From Octopus sinensis (taxonomy: Eukaryota): a stretch of DNA of 64,000 bases. Of the stretch, positions 50,391-62,612 are shown piece after piece. The position numbers and the translations under genes are program-made. The notes beneath the pieces were generated by a model, which was not told the DNA's origin, searched no databases, and saw nothing but the letters and a program-made list of their open reading frames with translations. The stretch lies in NCBI RefSeq assembly GCF_006345805.1, contig NC_043005.1:14012001-14076000 (forward strand). The letters are read 5' to 3'. Positions within the stretch are counted from its first letter, which is position 1. Every line of letters starts with the position of its first letter.

Positions 50391-50575
50391 GTGAGTGTCG
50401 CCGTCATGCAAGCGGAAACGATGTCTGATCATGAAGAAATATTACCTTACTTGGAAAGAAGCGAGGGCTAGAAATCCACCTCAACAAGTTCCGCCCGGTC
50501 TACACGAGCATAGAAAAGTGGACGTTAAAACGAGGAGGAAGAGGAGGGTCAATTTATATTTATACAATATCAAAA

Positions 50576-50618
<43 letters not shown>

Positions 50619-50709
50619 ATTTTTCTCTTGTGAGGTTTTTCACGTTGACTACTTGATATATTCTTATAAAGATTTTATCCTATTTTTAAATTTTATATAC
50701 ATATATATA

Positions 50710-50744
<35 letters not shown>

Positions 50745-50978
50745 CTCTTTTACTCTTTTACTCTTTTACTTATTTCAGTCATTTGACTGCGGCCATGCTG
50801 GAGCACCGCCTTTAATCGAGCAACTCGACCTCGGGACTTATTCTTTTGTAAGCCCAGTACTTATTCTATCGGTCTCTTTTACCGAACCACTAAGTTACGG
50901 GGATATAAACACACCAGCATCGGTTGTCAAGCAATGCTAGGGGGACAAATACAGACACACAAGCACACACGCATATAT

Positions 50979-51065
<87 letters not shown>

Positions 51066-51172
51066 GACGGGCTTCTTTCAGTTTCCGTCTACCAAATCCA
51101 ATCACAAGGCTTTGGTCGGCCCGAGGCTATAGTAGAAGACACTTGCCCAAGATGCCACGCAGTGGGACTGAA
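50745..51172 (-). mobile_element. SINE D, 5'-truncated
   Basis: Matches D tail and body. Confidence 0.85.
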
Positions 51173-51204
51173 CGAAATATATACTAATGCCATTATCAAT
51201 ATTG

Positions 51205-51780
51205 GTTTCAATTTTGACACAAAGCCAGCAAGTTCGCAAAAGTGGGATAGTCGACTACATCAACCCTAGTGCTCATGCTGATACTTGTTTTATCGACTCC
51301 GAAAGGATAAGAGGCAAAGTCGACTTCGGTGGAACGTAAAAACGGATGAAATTCCGCTAAGAGTTTTGCCCTGCGCGGTAACGATTCTGCCAGCTCGCCG
51401 CCTTATATATTATGATCAATATTAATAAATATTAATAGTAATATCATTAACAATATTAATTTGCATCTAAAGGCGGTGACCTAGCAGAATCATTAGACTT
51501 AACCCCACTTCCGAAACTGCTGGCCTTGTGCCAAAAACTTGAAACATTAATTTACGTCAAAAAGCGACGAGCTGGCAGAATCATTGGCACGCCAGGCAAA
51601 ATGCTTAAGCGCTATTTCGTCCGTCTTTACGTTCTGAGTTCAAATTACGCCGAGGTCGACTTTGCCTTTTATCCTTTCGAGGGCGATAAAATAAGTGTCA
51701 GTTAAACACTGGGATCATTATATTCGACTAGCCTCCTCCCATGAAATTGCTGGCCTTGTGCCAAAATTTGAAATCAGTAT
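51205..51780. mobile_element. Cluster of SINE C2 copies in both orientations
   Basis: Minus copy ~51205-51405, plus copy ~51565-51775, and short pieces between. Confidence 0.75.
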
Positions 51781-51867
51781 CAACTTAGTTTTTGAATAGG
51801 TTTATCAATATCAATTTCAATCTGTTAAAAAATCGTCACCAATATTAATTTCACTATTATAATATAA

Positions 51868-52177
51868 TAATAATAATGAAATTATTGCATACAGTGCTCA
51901 GGTGCACCACAACTTGTCAGAAAGTGCATATAAAGTACATGCAGCAATGTACAAATGTCTGGAAAGCGAACAGTATATGAGTCAGATACATGCTTGTGTG
52001 TGTATGGAGGGGAGAAAATCAGGTGTAGTGTTGGCGAATCTCAGGAAGCATGGAAGTTTTGAAGGATGCAGTGCTCCAACAACTAACAACTGATGCCGGC
52101 AGTTTGTTCCATGCTTCAGCAACTCTCAGCGTGAAAAAATGTTTCCTGAAGTCATGGGAGCTGTGCTGTTTTCTTAA
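51868..52177 (-). mobile_element. CR1a 3' fragment
   Basis: RKQHSSHDFRKHFFTLRVAEAWNKLP plus the same UTR as the 49432 copy. Confidence 0.88.
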
Positions 52178-52204
52178 AATATTCCATCCATCTTTTCGTG
52201 GCAA

Positions 52205-53030
52205 TTAAAAACCGAAACCTAAAGATGGAAAGAAATTTCCTGAGAATGTGGGCGGTTGATGTCAACACAATTTTTTGAGTCTCATAGATTGTTGGCTTCC
52301 CAGGGATCTTGATCATAAAATTTGTCAATACCTTTCTTGAGTACCTAAAAAACAAGGATGGTTTTGTTTTTTATTGCCACGACTTAGATATCTCAATCTC
52401 AAGGTCCTTATATTTCGACAGTTTTTTCAGATTCTTTCGCTGTGACATCCGTCATCAAAGACCTAAGTTAAAAAAAACATTCCTGTTAATTGATATGACA
52501 GTGCCTACAGATCTTATGTCTTTGATGACGATGTCTGGTCAGTTATCATTTATTTGCCTGTCTGTATTTATCCCATAATCCCATAGGATTGTAACATTCT
52601 CTCCCTCAGTAACTGGCTCTGGATGGTACTTATGCCAGTTCTTAGGTTGCGGGATATCATAGTGACGACATGTGCTGTAGTGCAAGTATTGGCCCACTCG
52701 ATTATGCCTGGTTTTATATTCTGTAGGGGCAAGGACTGAGCAGTCAATAATAATGTGGTCAATACTCTCATGTTTGTCACTGCAGTCTACACTTTGTGTC
52801 TACCTCATTGTGCGTTATATTAGCTTGACAGTTCCGGATGAACAGATTTTCATCTTTTGCCGCTGGAATAAATCCTTCTATTTCAGCTTTCAAACCAGTT
52901 CTCTACAACCACAGATGAGTTCTTCTCATATCTGCATCAGCTTTCCCAGCTCATTTGGTGCATTGCCCATGCAATGGTTTTTCTTGCCACATTCTCGAAA
53001 TATCCTCTTTCGTTATACTAAGATCTGACA
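52205..53030 (-). pseudogene. R4/Dong-like element fragment (CCHC and restriction-like endonuclease region)
   Basis: WQEKPLHGQ..GLKAEIEG..KCR..ESIDHII..C..RHNRVGQYLH..ILWD..PDIVIKD..KYKDLEIEI..KIPGKP..TAHILRK, with several stops. Confidence 0.85.
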
Positions 53031-53225
53031 GTAATTGTTTCCTTATACTTCGCTGACGAGGTCTAATAATACCGAAACAAGCCTAGATTGACATCTTATT
53101 GCAAAGGTTTACGTGTTTAATAAATGTTAGTTTATATAATTCCTGGTTTGTCTTGATGTTCATTTTTGTTGGGGAGTTTTCTCTCATCGCTAAGGATATA
53201 ATATTAATGATAATTTTTGCATCTC

Positions 53226-53666
53226 TATATGGAGTATAACGACACCCTACTTACTGCTGTATTTCAGGTAAAATAATAGCTCAGAAGGTATTAGGAGTAA
53301 AATGCCATTATAATTATAGCTGTGTTCTCACAATCTATCTTAGAGGGGGAAAAAACTGCTCTTTCCGATTTCGTTTTAATGCTATTTTCTCAATCTCAGG
53401 CGTGGTTCATCTCATTTTAGAGCATTATTTATACAATGTAGAGAGGTTTGACAACTATTTCTAGTAAATCGGACAGCTGCTGTTCAATCTTCTAAAAATA
53501 GTAGCCAAAACCACCGAACTGTGTAAAAAGAAAATGACAGGGTGATCTTCGATGGAACGCTATTGGTCATACATAGACTTGCATGGTCAGAATTGTCTTG
53601 GGGATAAATAGCAATAACAATAAAAGAAATATTTTTCACACTGCTCTTAAATTGTAGTGTAAATAT
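53226..53666. repeat. Unclassified ~450-bp direct duplication, copy 1
   Basis: Near-identical to 57906-58367. Confidence 0.9.
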
Positions 53667-54088
53667 TTCGTCCACAGTGTAATTTCGATAAAGTTCAATT
53701 ATAATTTATTCACATTCTTCATCGTCTCTTGTCCAAATGTCCTTAAGAGTTACCTCCCTTGCTAAACGAGTAGATTTCGAAAATAATTGTCACTGCTTAT
53801 TTTATTGAATGTTAAGCATAAAATGGTTCGAATGTGTAATGAATTATTCTGCCACAGAGAAAAGGTTAAACATTTTGGGGAAAGCCACGATCCTTTTTAT
53901 ATTTGTTTTTTGCTTTTTTTTATGTACTGTTTGAATTTTACAATAAACATTTTCGGATAAAGGAGCCAGAGCAAGATTTTCCTTTTCGATATTGTGTATT
54001 CCAATTTAGGAAAGTTTTTGTTGTCTCTCTTAATTTTGAGCTTTTCGTTAATGTTCAGAATGGATGAATTATGTTAGTATTCTTACAT

Positions 54089-54252
54089 AGGCGCAGGAGT
54101 GGCTGTGTGGTAAGTAGCTTGCTTACCAACCACATGGTTCCGGGTTCAGTTCCACTGCGTGGCACCTTGGGCAAGTGTCTTCTACTATAGCCTCGGAGCC
54201 GACCAAAGCCTTGTGAGTGGATTTGGTAGACGGAAACTGAAAGAAGCCCGTC

Positions 54253-54340
<88 letters not shown>

Positions 54341-54530
54341 TCCCTCTAGCATTGCTTGACAACCGATGCGGGTGTGTTTATGTCCTCCGTCACTTAGCGG
54401 TTCGGCAAAAGAAGCCGATAGAATAAGTACTGGGCTTACAAAGAATAATTCCCGGGATCGAGTTGCTCGATTAAAGGCGGTGCTCCAGCATGGGCGCAGT
54501 CAAAATGGCTGAAACAAGTAAAAAGAGAGA
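54089..54530 (+). mobile_element. SINE D, full length
   Basis: GGCGCAGGAGTGGCTGTGTGG A-box-like, GGTTCAGTTCC B-box-like, internal (TA)n(GT)n, tail. Confidence 0.9.
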
Positions 54531-54534
54531 AAGA

Positions 54535-54670
54535 GCAAATTCCGTCGAGGTCGACTTTGCCTTTCCTCTTTTCGGGGTTCAATGAAATAAGTACCAGATG
54601 AGCACTAAGGTTAATGTAATCAACTAGTCCTCTTCCCCACAAATATCAGACCTTGTACCTTTGGTGGAGG
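54535..54670 (+). mobile_element. SINE C2 3' part
   Basis: GAGGTCGACTTTGCCTTT..CAGACCTTGTACCT. Confidence 0.7.
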
Positions 54671-54724
54671 AGAATTCTTATATGAATAGTTGGGTAATCT
54701 TTCAGTTTAGAGTGTTTAAAAAAG

Positions 54725-54995
54725 TAAATAGAAATGAGGCCTAACTGACGGCATTTACCCTCACGAAGTGATTGTGCGCCAGGAGAACTTTGTGAGTACC
54801 ACAAATGAAGACGTCCACACGCAAAATGTGAAGAATATATGGATGCGAGTGAAAACAAAACTACGGCGACAATTTGGAACGTCGGACAATTTATTTGTGT
54901 CATATATACACGAATTCATATGGAGGAATTCTGTTCCAAAAAAAGAGACTTTCGTTCACTTTTTGGTGGTTATAGCCCAGGTCTATGTTGTTTAA
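54725..54995 (+). pseudogene. Merlin/IS1595-like transposase C-terminal fragment
   Basis: ENFVSTTNEDVHTQNVKNIW..KLRRQFGT..SYIHEFIWR matches the ISXO2/Merlin pattern NFV..HTQxIExxW..GT..SYLxEFxWR. Confidence 0.7.
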
Positions 54996-55080
54996 AAGTT
55001 GACTTATTCCCCCCTTGTTATCTCCCCTTTCATTTTCATTTATTTTTTTAAACCGCCTTAAACTGAAAGATTACCGAATA

Positions 55081-55595
<515 letters not shown>

Positions 55596-55669
55596 TACGT
55601 CTTTGTATATAACTGTTTGTACATAACTGCTGCGATGATCGGATATTTTTCACTTATATTCTTTTCGTA

Positions 55670-55706
55670 AACACACCAACACCAGTTGTCAAGCGGTGCT
55701 AAGAGA

Positions 55707-55753
<47 letters not shown>

Positions 55754-55915
55754 ATAACGGGCTTCTTTCAGTTTCTGTCAACCAAATCCACTTGCAAATC
55801 TTTGGTCGGCCCAGGGCTATAGCAGAAAACACATGCCTAACATGACAAACAGTGGCACTGAACCCAGAGATATATGGACTGGGAAGCAAACTTCTTACCA
55901 TGCAGCCACACCTGC
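55670..55915 (-). mobile_element. Degenerate SINE D
   Basis: CGGGCTTCTTTCAGTTTC..TTGGTCGGCCCAGGGCTATAG block. Confidence 0.65.
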
Positions 55916-55959
55916 ACCTTGATTTATCTTTTATTTTACTTTTATTTTATTCCTTCAAT

Positions 55960-56510
55960 ACTGTGCCCAGGATATTAATCATCTGGAAGCCGTTCAGCGA
56001 TGTGCAACCAAAAGAATACCCTCCATCAGGCATTTGCCATATTCTGAATGCCTTGCTTCCCTGGGCATGGACACATTGAAAATCCAACTTCTCGCAGCTG
56101 ACTTGGCAGACACCCATAAAATTATTAACCATCTTACCAACAATAGCTCTGAGCACCTTTTCAAACTCCACCTGTCTAACATCCGTGGACATATTTACAA
56201 AGTAAGAAAACAGCACAGCTCCCATGACTTTCAGAAACATTTTTTCATGCTGTGGGTTGCTGAAGCATGGAACAAACTGCCGGCATCAGTTGTTAGTTGT
56301 CAGAGCACTGCATCCTTCAAAACTTCCATGCTTTCTGAGATTCGCCAACACTACACCTGATTTTCTCCCCTCCATACACACACAGGCATGTATCTGACTC
56401 ATACATTGTTCGCTTTCCAAACATTTGAACATTACTGCATATACTTTATATGCACTGTCTGACAAGTTGTGGTGCACCTGAGCACTGTATACAATAATTT
56501 CATTATTATT
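55960..56510 (+). mobile_element. CR1a 3' fragment
   Basis: ORF 56034-56360 and UTR nearly match the 49432-50390 copy. Confidence 0.9.
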
Positions 56511-56825
56511 TTTTTATTTTCATCCCTATTACAACCATCCACCAACTGTTCCTAACTCACCATTGGTTTACTCACCATTCCCAAATCAGCAACCCTGCAG
56601 CTAAGAACCTTTATTTCACCTTACCTTCAAGATCATCCCATAATAAAAATTACCTTGAAATTTTTTACTGGTGCAACCCACCTGAAGATGAACCATATCT
56701 CATGTGCCCCACTTCTTAAAAAAAAATGCCCAATTTATCCATTTCTACTTCCAAATGCACACCACCAATCGTGACTCCCTCTCCAATAATTCCAAGTTTA
56801 TTTATTTCCATTGAATTCTTATACC

Positions 56826-57135
56826 ATTCATCATCATTTAACGTCCGTTTTCCGCTCTAGCACGGGTTGGACAGTTCGACCGGGGTCTGGGAAGCCAAGG
56901 GCTGCTCCAGGCTCCAGTCTGATCTGGCAGAGTTTCTATGGCTGGATGCCCTGCCTAACGCCAACCACTCCGCGAGTGTAGTGGGTGCTTTTTACGTGCC
57001 ACCTGCACAGGTGCCAGAGCGGGTCCGGCATCGGCCACAATCGGTTGGAGCTTTTAACGTGCCAGCGGCATGGAAGCCAGCCAAGGCGGCACTGGCAACG
57101 TTCAGATGGTGCTTTTTATGTGCCACCGGCACCTT
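56826..57135 (-). mobile_element. SINE-like family E with three internal GTGCTTTT..GTGCCA subrepeats
   Basis: Reverse complement of the 25225-25462 type sequence plus tandem subrepeats. Confidence 0.75.
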
Positions 57136-57905
57136 ATTTCATTCACTGATACAAAAACATTCTAACACCTTATTTCATTCGCTTATACAAAAACATCCTT
57201 TCAGCCCTTCTCTTCTATCTCTCCCTGCCTTCTTTCTTTTTCTTTCCCCTCGCTTTTTTTTTTTTTTTTACCTCCTTTCCACTCCACCATCTTGCCCTGC
57301 AACAGGAATCCTCTGTGCGTATGTGTGTGTATTCCGTCATTTCTTCAATTGCATCTTATCTGAGGAACCTATGTACTCACAGGCAAAATTCAGCGTAACA
57401 AGAAACTGAGTCAACATACACAGACATGCAGTTATATTTACTCGTGTATGAGACACACTATTTTAAACATGATTTTAACTGTGAACATTAGGAATGCAAC
57501 CTGAAACACGAGTGAATATGGGATGTAGATCTCTGTGTGAAACACACGATTCAGAAATGCCCTCTGACATCATCAACAATATAACAATCCAAGTCCATCT
57601 TTTAAACATACAGGTGTGTTAATGTCTATCACCACAACACCTCCCCTTTTGCGATTAACTTCTGTTGGAAGTGAATTTTTTTTTTTTTCTACACCATATT
57701 TCTCTTTTTGAGATTTACTTCCATTTGAAACTTAATATTTTTATCGCTTTGGAACTACCTCCAACAATTCCGTACATTTTCTTTTTCTTGTACTGTTACA
57801 TCTTGGTTCGATGATTTCATGTGGAGTCAGCACAGTAAAAATATCGTACAGAACTTCTATAGGTACTTCTTTCCTCATAACCCTTTCTCCAGCAACCCTT
57901 CTTTG

Positions 57906-58367
57906 TATATGGGGTATAACGACACCCTGCTTACTGCTGTATTTCAGGTAATATGATAGCTCAGAAGGTATTAGGAGTAAAGTCCCATTATAATTATAGC
58001 TGTGTTCTCACAATCAGTGATAATCTATCTTAGAGGGGAAAAAAACTGCTCTTTCCGATTTCGTTTTAATGATATTTTCTCAATCTCAGGCGTGGTTCAT
58101 CTCATTTTAGAGCATTATTTATACAATGTAGAGAGGTTTGACAACTATTTCTAGCAGATCGGACAGCTGCAGTTCAATCTTCTAAAAATAGTAGCCAAAC
58201 CACCGAACTGTGTAAAAAGAAAATGACAGGGTGATCTTGGATGGAACGCTATTGGTCATACATAGACTTGCATGATCAGAATTGTCTTGGGGATAAATAG
58301 CAATGACAATAAAAGAAATATTTTTCACACTGCTCTTACATTGGCGGAGTCTTTGTAGTGTAAATAT
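57906..58367. repeat. Unclassified ~450-bp direct duplication, copy 2
   Basis: Near-identical to 53226-53666 with two small extra segments. Confidence 0.9.
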
Positions 58368-59072
58368 GTCTTTTATGTTCCCATTTCGTACCTTTCACCA
58401 TGTACATCATTTTACCGACCCATTTGATTATTTTGCCATCTTCCCAAAACTTCTTTTCCATTTCTGTGAACTCTGAAAAACACCTTATCACCACTTTTAA
58501 AATACTTGGTCATATTTTGAGTGTTTTCCTTAGATTTTAATTTTACTCGCCAAAAACACAAGATTCAAAAACGCCCTTTGACATCATCAGCATTATAACA
58601 ATCCGACGAATCCATCTTTTAAACACAAGATATTATTAAATACCTCATTCACTGACATAGTCCACCTAAGACTACAAAATCCAGTGTATCCTTCCTCTTT
58701 TTTAAGATGATGTAAGATTTCGTTACAGTTCTTAACAGATTGAGTGAGCATATAAAGGTCAACTCATTGATGAGTTATTGACACATTGAACAGAGGCTGT
58801 TGTACATAGTCTTGCACTCTGTTACTATGTCCAGCAGTCTCCTCTGTAAGGTGGTTAGCTACAGAATTTCTTCATTGGTCTCATGAAGACAGTAAAAATG
58901 AAAGAATATAGAGTAGACATTAATTAAAAGCAGTAAGATTACCTTTATAGAATTAACAATTTTCTCAAATAACCTTACCATTTTAAAAAAGGAAGCAATG
59001 AGTAGGTCATGATTTCAATTACAATTCTGCTCAATCAGGAATGTCAATCAAGAATGTAATAATCTATAGAAC

Positions 59073-59452
59073 GTGGTGGCGCAATGGCCCAGTGGTTAGG
59101 GCAGCGGATCCGCGGTCGTAGGATCGCGGTTTCGATTCCCAGACCGGGCGTTGTGTTTATTGAGCGAAAACACCTAAAGCTCCACGAGGCTCCGGCAGGG
59201 GATGGTGGTGGTCCCTGCTGTACTCTTTCACCACAACTTTCTCTCACTCTTACTTCCTGTTTCTGTTGTACCTGTATTTCAAAGGGCCGGCCTTGTCACT
59301 CTCTGTGTCACGCTGAATATCCCCGAGAACTACGTTAAGGGTACGCGTGTCTGTGGAGTGCTCAGCCACTTACACGTTAATTTCACGAGCAGGCTGTTCC
59401 GTTGATTCGGATCAACCGGAACCCTCATCGTCGTAACCGACGGAGTGCTTCT
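59073..59452 (+). mobile_element. SINE head A + tail T1
   Basis: TSD AATCTATAGA (59061-59070, 59455-59464). Confidence 0.92.
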
Positions 59453-60215
59453 AAAATCTATAGATCACATGAATGAATAAATTGTACATAATACTATTAC
59501 TGCAGAAATCAGATATATCTGCTCAAAAATTTCATTACCCTGAAATGTTGAAAACAGTTTTATATACCAAAATATCTTGTGTTGAGAAATATCATGTCTG
59601 GAACTATTTTTACTTGAAATGTCAAGTTTATTGAGGCAACGTGACTTGCAGAAAATACCAATTCTATTTCGTGGTAGAATAACCATGAAATTTCACTTCA
59701 AGCGAAAGGGTTACAAATGTATCTTCAGTCTTCCTGTAAAACAATTTTTAAAATCAACATCATCATCATCATTGTCATTTCAACAACCACTAGCAGAATC
59801 AGACAGAATTTGTTGAGGCAGATTTTATACAGCTAGATGCTCTTTCTGTTGCCAACCTTCACCTGTTTTCAAGTAAAGTAGTGTTTCTCCATAGCGGATA
59901 TGTTTTTTATGGAAGGTTGGAAACAAAGGGGGCTGCTTGCATCATTCTGATACTCATTTACAACTTTCAAGTGATACCAAAGCAAAGAGCCTAAAGACAC
60001 ACTTTCATGTGCACACAAGCACACACATTAAATGTTAGAAAAAGAGAGAGAGTTCTTTCAGATTACGTGTACCAAATTCACTCAAAACTTTGGTCAACCC
60101 AGAGCTATAGTAGGTGACACTTACCCAATCTTCCACCCATTACGATTGAACTCAAAACCACATGGTTGGGAAACAAACTTCGTAACCATGAAAGTATACC
60201 TGCACCTAAGAAAAT

Positions 60216-61206
60216 GGATCTTTACCTTTTGACCGATAGATTTAAAAAATAATTTTTTGTAACTAAACACTTTCAAACTTCGTATACTTGTATAATGTGT
60301 CACATAAAACATCTTTTACTCTTGGAGTTGTTGAGAAAATTCTGTATTTTGGAAGTTATTTCTTGTTAAAGTTGTCGTATTTCAGTAACTTCAACCAATC
60401 AATGACATGTATTCAGCTGAATAAAATTACTGCCATTGTTTGTCAACAACAACTATCAGCGATGTATTTTTCATTTGTCACTGTTATTTATGACATCGTT
60501 CATGTGTTTGTACTGGTTTTAGCTTTAAGGGTTAGGGTTTTAGGGTTAGGGTTGTCATAAATAACAGTGACAAATACACCGCCGGAAGTTCTTGTTGACA
60601 AACAACAGCAGTAATTTTATTCAGCTGAATACATGTCATTGATTAGTTGAAATTACCAAAATACTATAAATTTAACGTGAAATAACTTCCTAAATATAAG
60701 CTTTTCTCAAAAACGCCAAGTGTAAAAGATAATAATAATAATAATAATAATAATGAAATTATTGTATACAGTGCTCAGGTGCACCACAACTTGTCAGAAA
60801 GTGCATATAAAGCATATGCAGTAATGTACAAATGTCTGGAAGGTGAACAATGTATGAGTCCAGGTGTAGTGTTGGCGAATCTCAGAAAGCATGAGATTAT
60901 AGTAACCCTTTTCTTACTATATTTAGGCTATTATTTCTAGCATATAGAGTGACCACATTGAGGTCTCCTTCCCTCATTTCTTCTGCTCATTATTTGTCTT
61001 CTTAACCCTTTCCTTACTATATTTAGGCTATTAGTTCTAGCATATAGAGTGACCACATTGAGGTCTCCTTCCCTCATTTCTTAATAATAATAATAATAAT
61101 AATAATGAAATTATTTCATAGACACATTCTACCAGTGTCCGAAGTTTGAAAGTGTTTAGTTACAAAAAATTATTTATTAACTCTGTCGGTCAAAAGGTAA
61201 AGATCC
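60216..61206. mobile_element. Family G fold-back element (GGATC...GATCC ends) with a central TTAGGG-like tract; right arm interrupted at 60731-61113
   Basis: Terminal ~65 bp inverted. Inner perfect 23-bp IR (60473-60495, 60553-60575). Flanks AAGAAAAT and AAGAAATT (7/8 match). Confidence 0.75.
60735..60893 (-). mobile_element. CR1a 3' UTR fragment inserted into family G
   Basis: Matches the CR1a UTR with an internal deletion. Confidence 0.8.
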
Positions 61207-61324
61207 AAGAAATTTTTTTTATCTTAAGGGATTGCAATAAATGGGTTTCATGAGTATCAGCATATCAGTCAGACTATTTATATAATAATCAAAATCTTGA
61301 ATAAATTATAAGTGATGTCAGTTT

Positions 61325-61830
61325 GGTAATTAGTGGAGAAAAATTACATAAAACTCTATTCCTTGGAGCGTAGGCGAGAAAGATATGCCATAATATACAT
61401 GTGGAAGATCCTGGAAGGACTTGTCCCAAACTTTGGCATCGAGAGTTACACAAATGCCAGAACTGGGTGCCACTGCATAGTGCCAAGGACTCCAAATTTG
61501 CCATCAAGATGTAGGACAAGATACTGTGATGGCCTGGGCTTCCGAGGCCCACAGCTCTTCAATATCCTCCCGAAGAACCTAAGAGACCTGCATGAGGTGG
61601 ATGCAGATGTCTTTAAAGTAGGACTGGATCTCTTCTTGTCAGGTGTCCCGGATGAACCAACTTCACAGCAGGAGGTGCAGATGAGGGCAGCTGCATCGAA
61701 CTCTCTCATGCACCAAATGGCAGTTGCTAAAAAGCATTTGTGAAGTAAAATCATGTAGCAACACCAAATGGCGGTGCCCCAGCATGGCCACAGCTCGTGA
61801 GCTGAAACTAGATAAAATAAAAAAAATAAA
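61325..61830 (+). mobile_element. CR1/L2-group LINE 3' fragment (LYSLERRRERY type)
   Basis: LYSLERRRERYAIIYMWKILEGLVPN..GPQLFNILP..FKVGLDLFL..PDEP..SNSL, then 3' UTR and an A-rich tail. Confidence 0.85.
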
Positions 61831-62109
61831 TAAATAACACACCACAGAGTCTATGTACAAATTAATTATTTTCAAAACTGTGGCGAGATTTTAGCTTTTT
61901 GCTTCTAATTGACTACAAATTCCTTCATTGCCTCATACTGGATAATGTAGACCCCCACCGATTACCAAAAGGTAATGGTGACCATGGATGGAATGCCTTC
62001 AATTATATAGACTTGCAAGATCAAGGCTGACTTGGGATTAAACGACAAATTAATCTTATGCAAATGAACTTGCATATTCATTTTTAATTATTTTCCATCA
62101 GATTATGGT

Positions 62110-62612
62110 GGCAATGTGGCAGAATTGTTAGCACACTGGGCAAAATGCTTAGCAGCATTTCATCTGTCTTTACGTTCTGAGTGCAAATTCCGCCAAGGTT
62201 GACTTTGACTTTCATCTTGCCAGGGTCTCAATAAAATAATGTAATCGACTCATTCCTTCTCCTGAACTTGCTGGCCCTGTGCTAAAATTTGAAATCATTA
62301 TGTTCTATCAGATTCGAATGTCAATACGCTGTAAATATTTATTTCATCAGAGCAGAACTACTTCTTTCAGAAGAATCAGGGTTCTTAATACACTTGAAGG
62401 CGTTGAGCTGGCAGAAACATTAGCACACCGGACGAAATGCTTAGCGGTAATTCATCTGTCTTTACATTCTGAGTTCAAATTCCGCCGAGGTCAACTTTAC
62501 CGTTCATCCTTTTGGAAATAATAAATTAAGTACCAGTTGCATACTGGGGTCAATCTAATCAACTGGCCCCCTCCCCAAAAATTTAGGGCCTTGTGCCTTG
62601 AATAGAAAAAGC
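62110..62612 (+). mobile_element. Two SINE C2 copies (~62110-62300, ~62397-62612)
   Basis: C head/core with CCCC..GGCC(C/T)TGTGC tails. Confidence 0.75.

Noticed and set aside
53053-53095. CTGACGA-GGT..ACC-GAAAC hammerhead-like core
   Set aside because: No helix I and no NUH in register; it lies at the edge of the Dong coding fragment on the opposite strand and is probably chance.
60526-60553. True telomere or chromosome-fusion scar
   Set aside because: Only ~4 units, one orientation, and inside a transposon-like fold-back.
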